64,000 nt of DNA, taken from assembly GCF_002105155.1 (NCBI RefSeq), contig NW_019028980.1:1054001-1118000 (forward strand), read 5' to 3'. A program made the position numbers and the translations under genes. Source of the stretch: Lobosporangium transversale (Eukaryota). Shown in pieces: positions 63,510 to 64,000 of this stretch. The number at the start of each line of letters is the position of its first letter. Within the stretch, counting starts at the first letter, position 1. The notes below the pieces were generated by a model, which made no database searches, was not told where the DNA came from, and worked only from the letters and a program-made list of their open reading frames with translations.

Positions 63510-64000
63510 CTAGTGCTCATGATCTACAGAGAGGATCAAAGGTACAACCATGCCTCCAACAACACACAACACTTCAACTATAGACAACCCCTTTTCTCCT
63601 CCTGGGCCACCCATATATCCTGACGACCCTGACTTTTCAAAGTTATTCATCTCACTCATGACATGCATAGCTACATAGAGGAACGTGCCACCTGAAAAGA
63701 GCAAAAGCATGCCTGTCCACCAATGCAATAGTGCCTCATCATGTTGTCCACCCATTTGAATAAAGATATAGGTTAGAATTGCTCCGATAGGTGCTGCTAA
63801 TGCAAATATTGCGACCTGCTGACGCGTTTGACGACGCGAAAATCCATGTTGCAACAAAACTGTCGCAAGCCCAAACGCTGCAGGCGCTTTGTGTAACATG
63901 ATCGCCAAGAAAACAATAAAGCGGAGCTCTGGTCTTGAAGCAGATGCTCCTAGCGCAATACCATCAGCCGCTGCATGAACAACCAATCCAACTGTGATGG
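63510..64000 (-). CDS. ATX2: ZIP-family Zn/Mn transporter, ZIP9/ATX2-like (3' part)
   Basis: Motifs GLVVHAAADGIALG, AIMLHKAPAAFGL and LLFSGGTFLYVA, ending DHEH. Confidence 0.9.
   Translation of the reverse strand, partial: ITVGLVVHAAADGIALGASASRPELRFIVFLAIMLHKAPAAFGLATVLLQHGFSRRQTRQQVAIFALAAPIGAILTYIFIQMGGQHDEALLHWWTGMLLLFSGGTFLYVAMHVMSEMNNFEKSGSSGYMGGPGGEKGLSIVEVLCVVGGMVVPLILSVDHEH

Noticed and set aside
1..64000. tRNA, rRNA, CRISPR arrays, telomeric repeats
   Set aside because: No cloverleaf with T-loop context, rRNA signature, spaced direct-repeat array or TTAGGG array was seen by eye.

Overview
Eukaryotic, intron-rich fungal DNA (GT-AG introns, many long poly-A/poly-T tracts). Gene content and the expanded single-pass membrane-protein families suggest an early-diverging fungus, probably Mortierellaceae (inference). 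About 25 protein-coding loci can be built by hand-splicing. They include a C-terminally short SMG8-like gene, a PB1-UBA p62/NBR1-like protein, a GNAT acetyltransferase, a 4-exon LAMTOR4-like gene missing from the ORF track, MIM1, a PTGR-like reductase, eIF2A, VPS72, a CDF transporter, guanine deaminase, an orphan 7TM protein, RPL30, a ZC4H2-like coiled-coil protein, mitochondrial bL35 and a ZIP9/ATX2-like transporter. Accessory material comprises two local gene duplications, a decayed PIF/Harbinger element, a possible MULE relic and a long stop-riddled 3' extension of one gene. The most striking unexplained structure is a hairpin in the long RPL30 intron (59106-59147). It has kink-turn architecture closely resembling the yeast L30-binding element and a GTAAG splice-donor-like sequence at its apex, making it a candidate autoregulatory splicing switch. 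No tRNA, rRNA or CRISPR array was seen.
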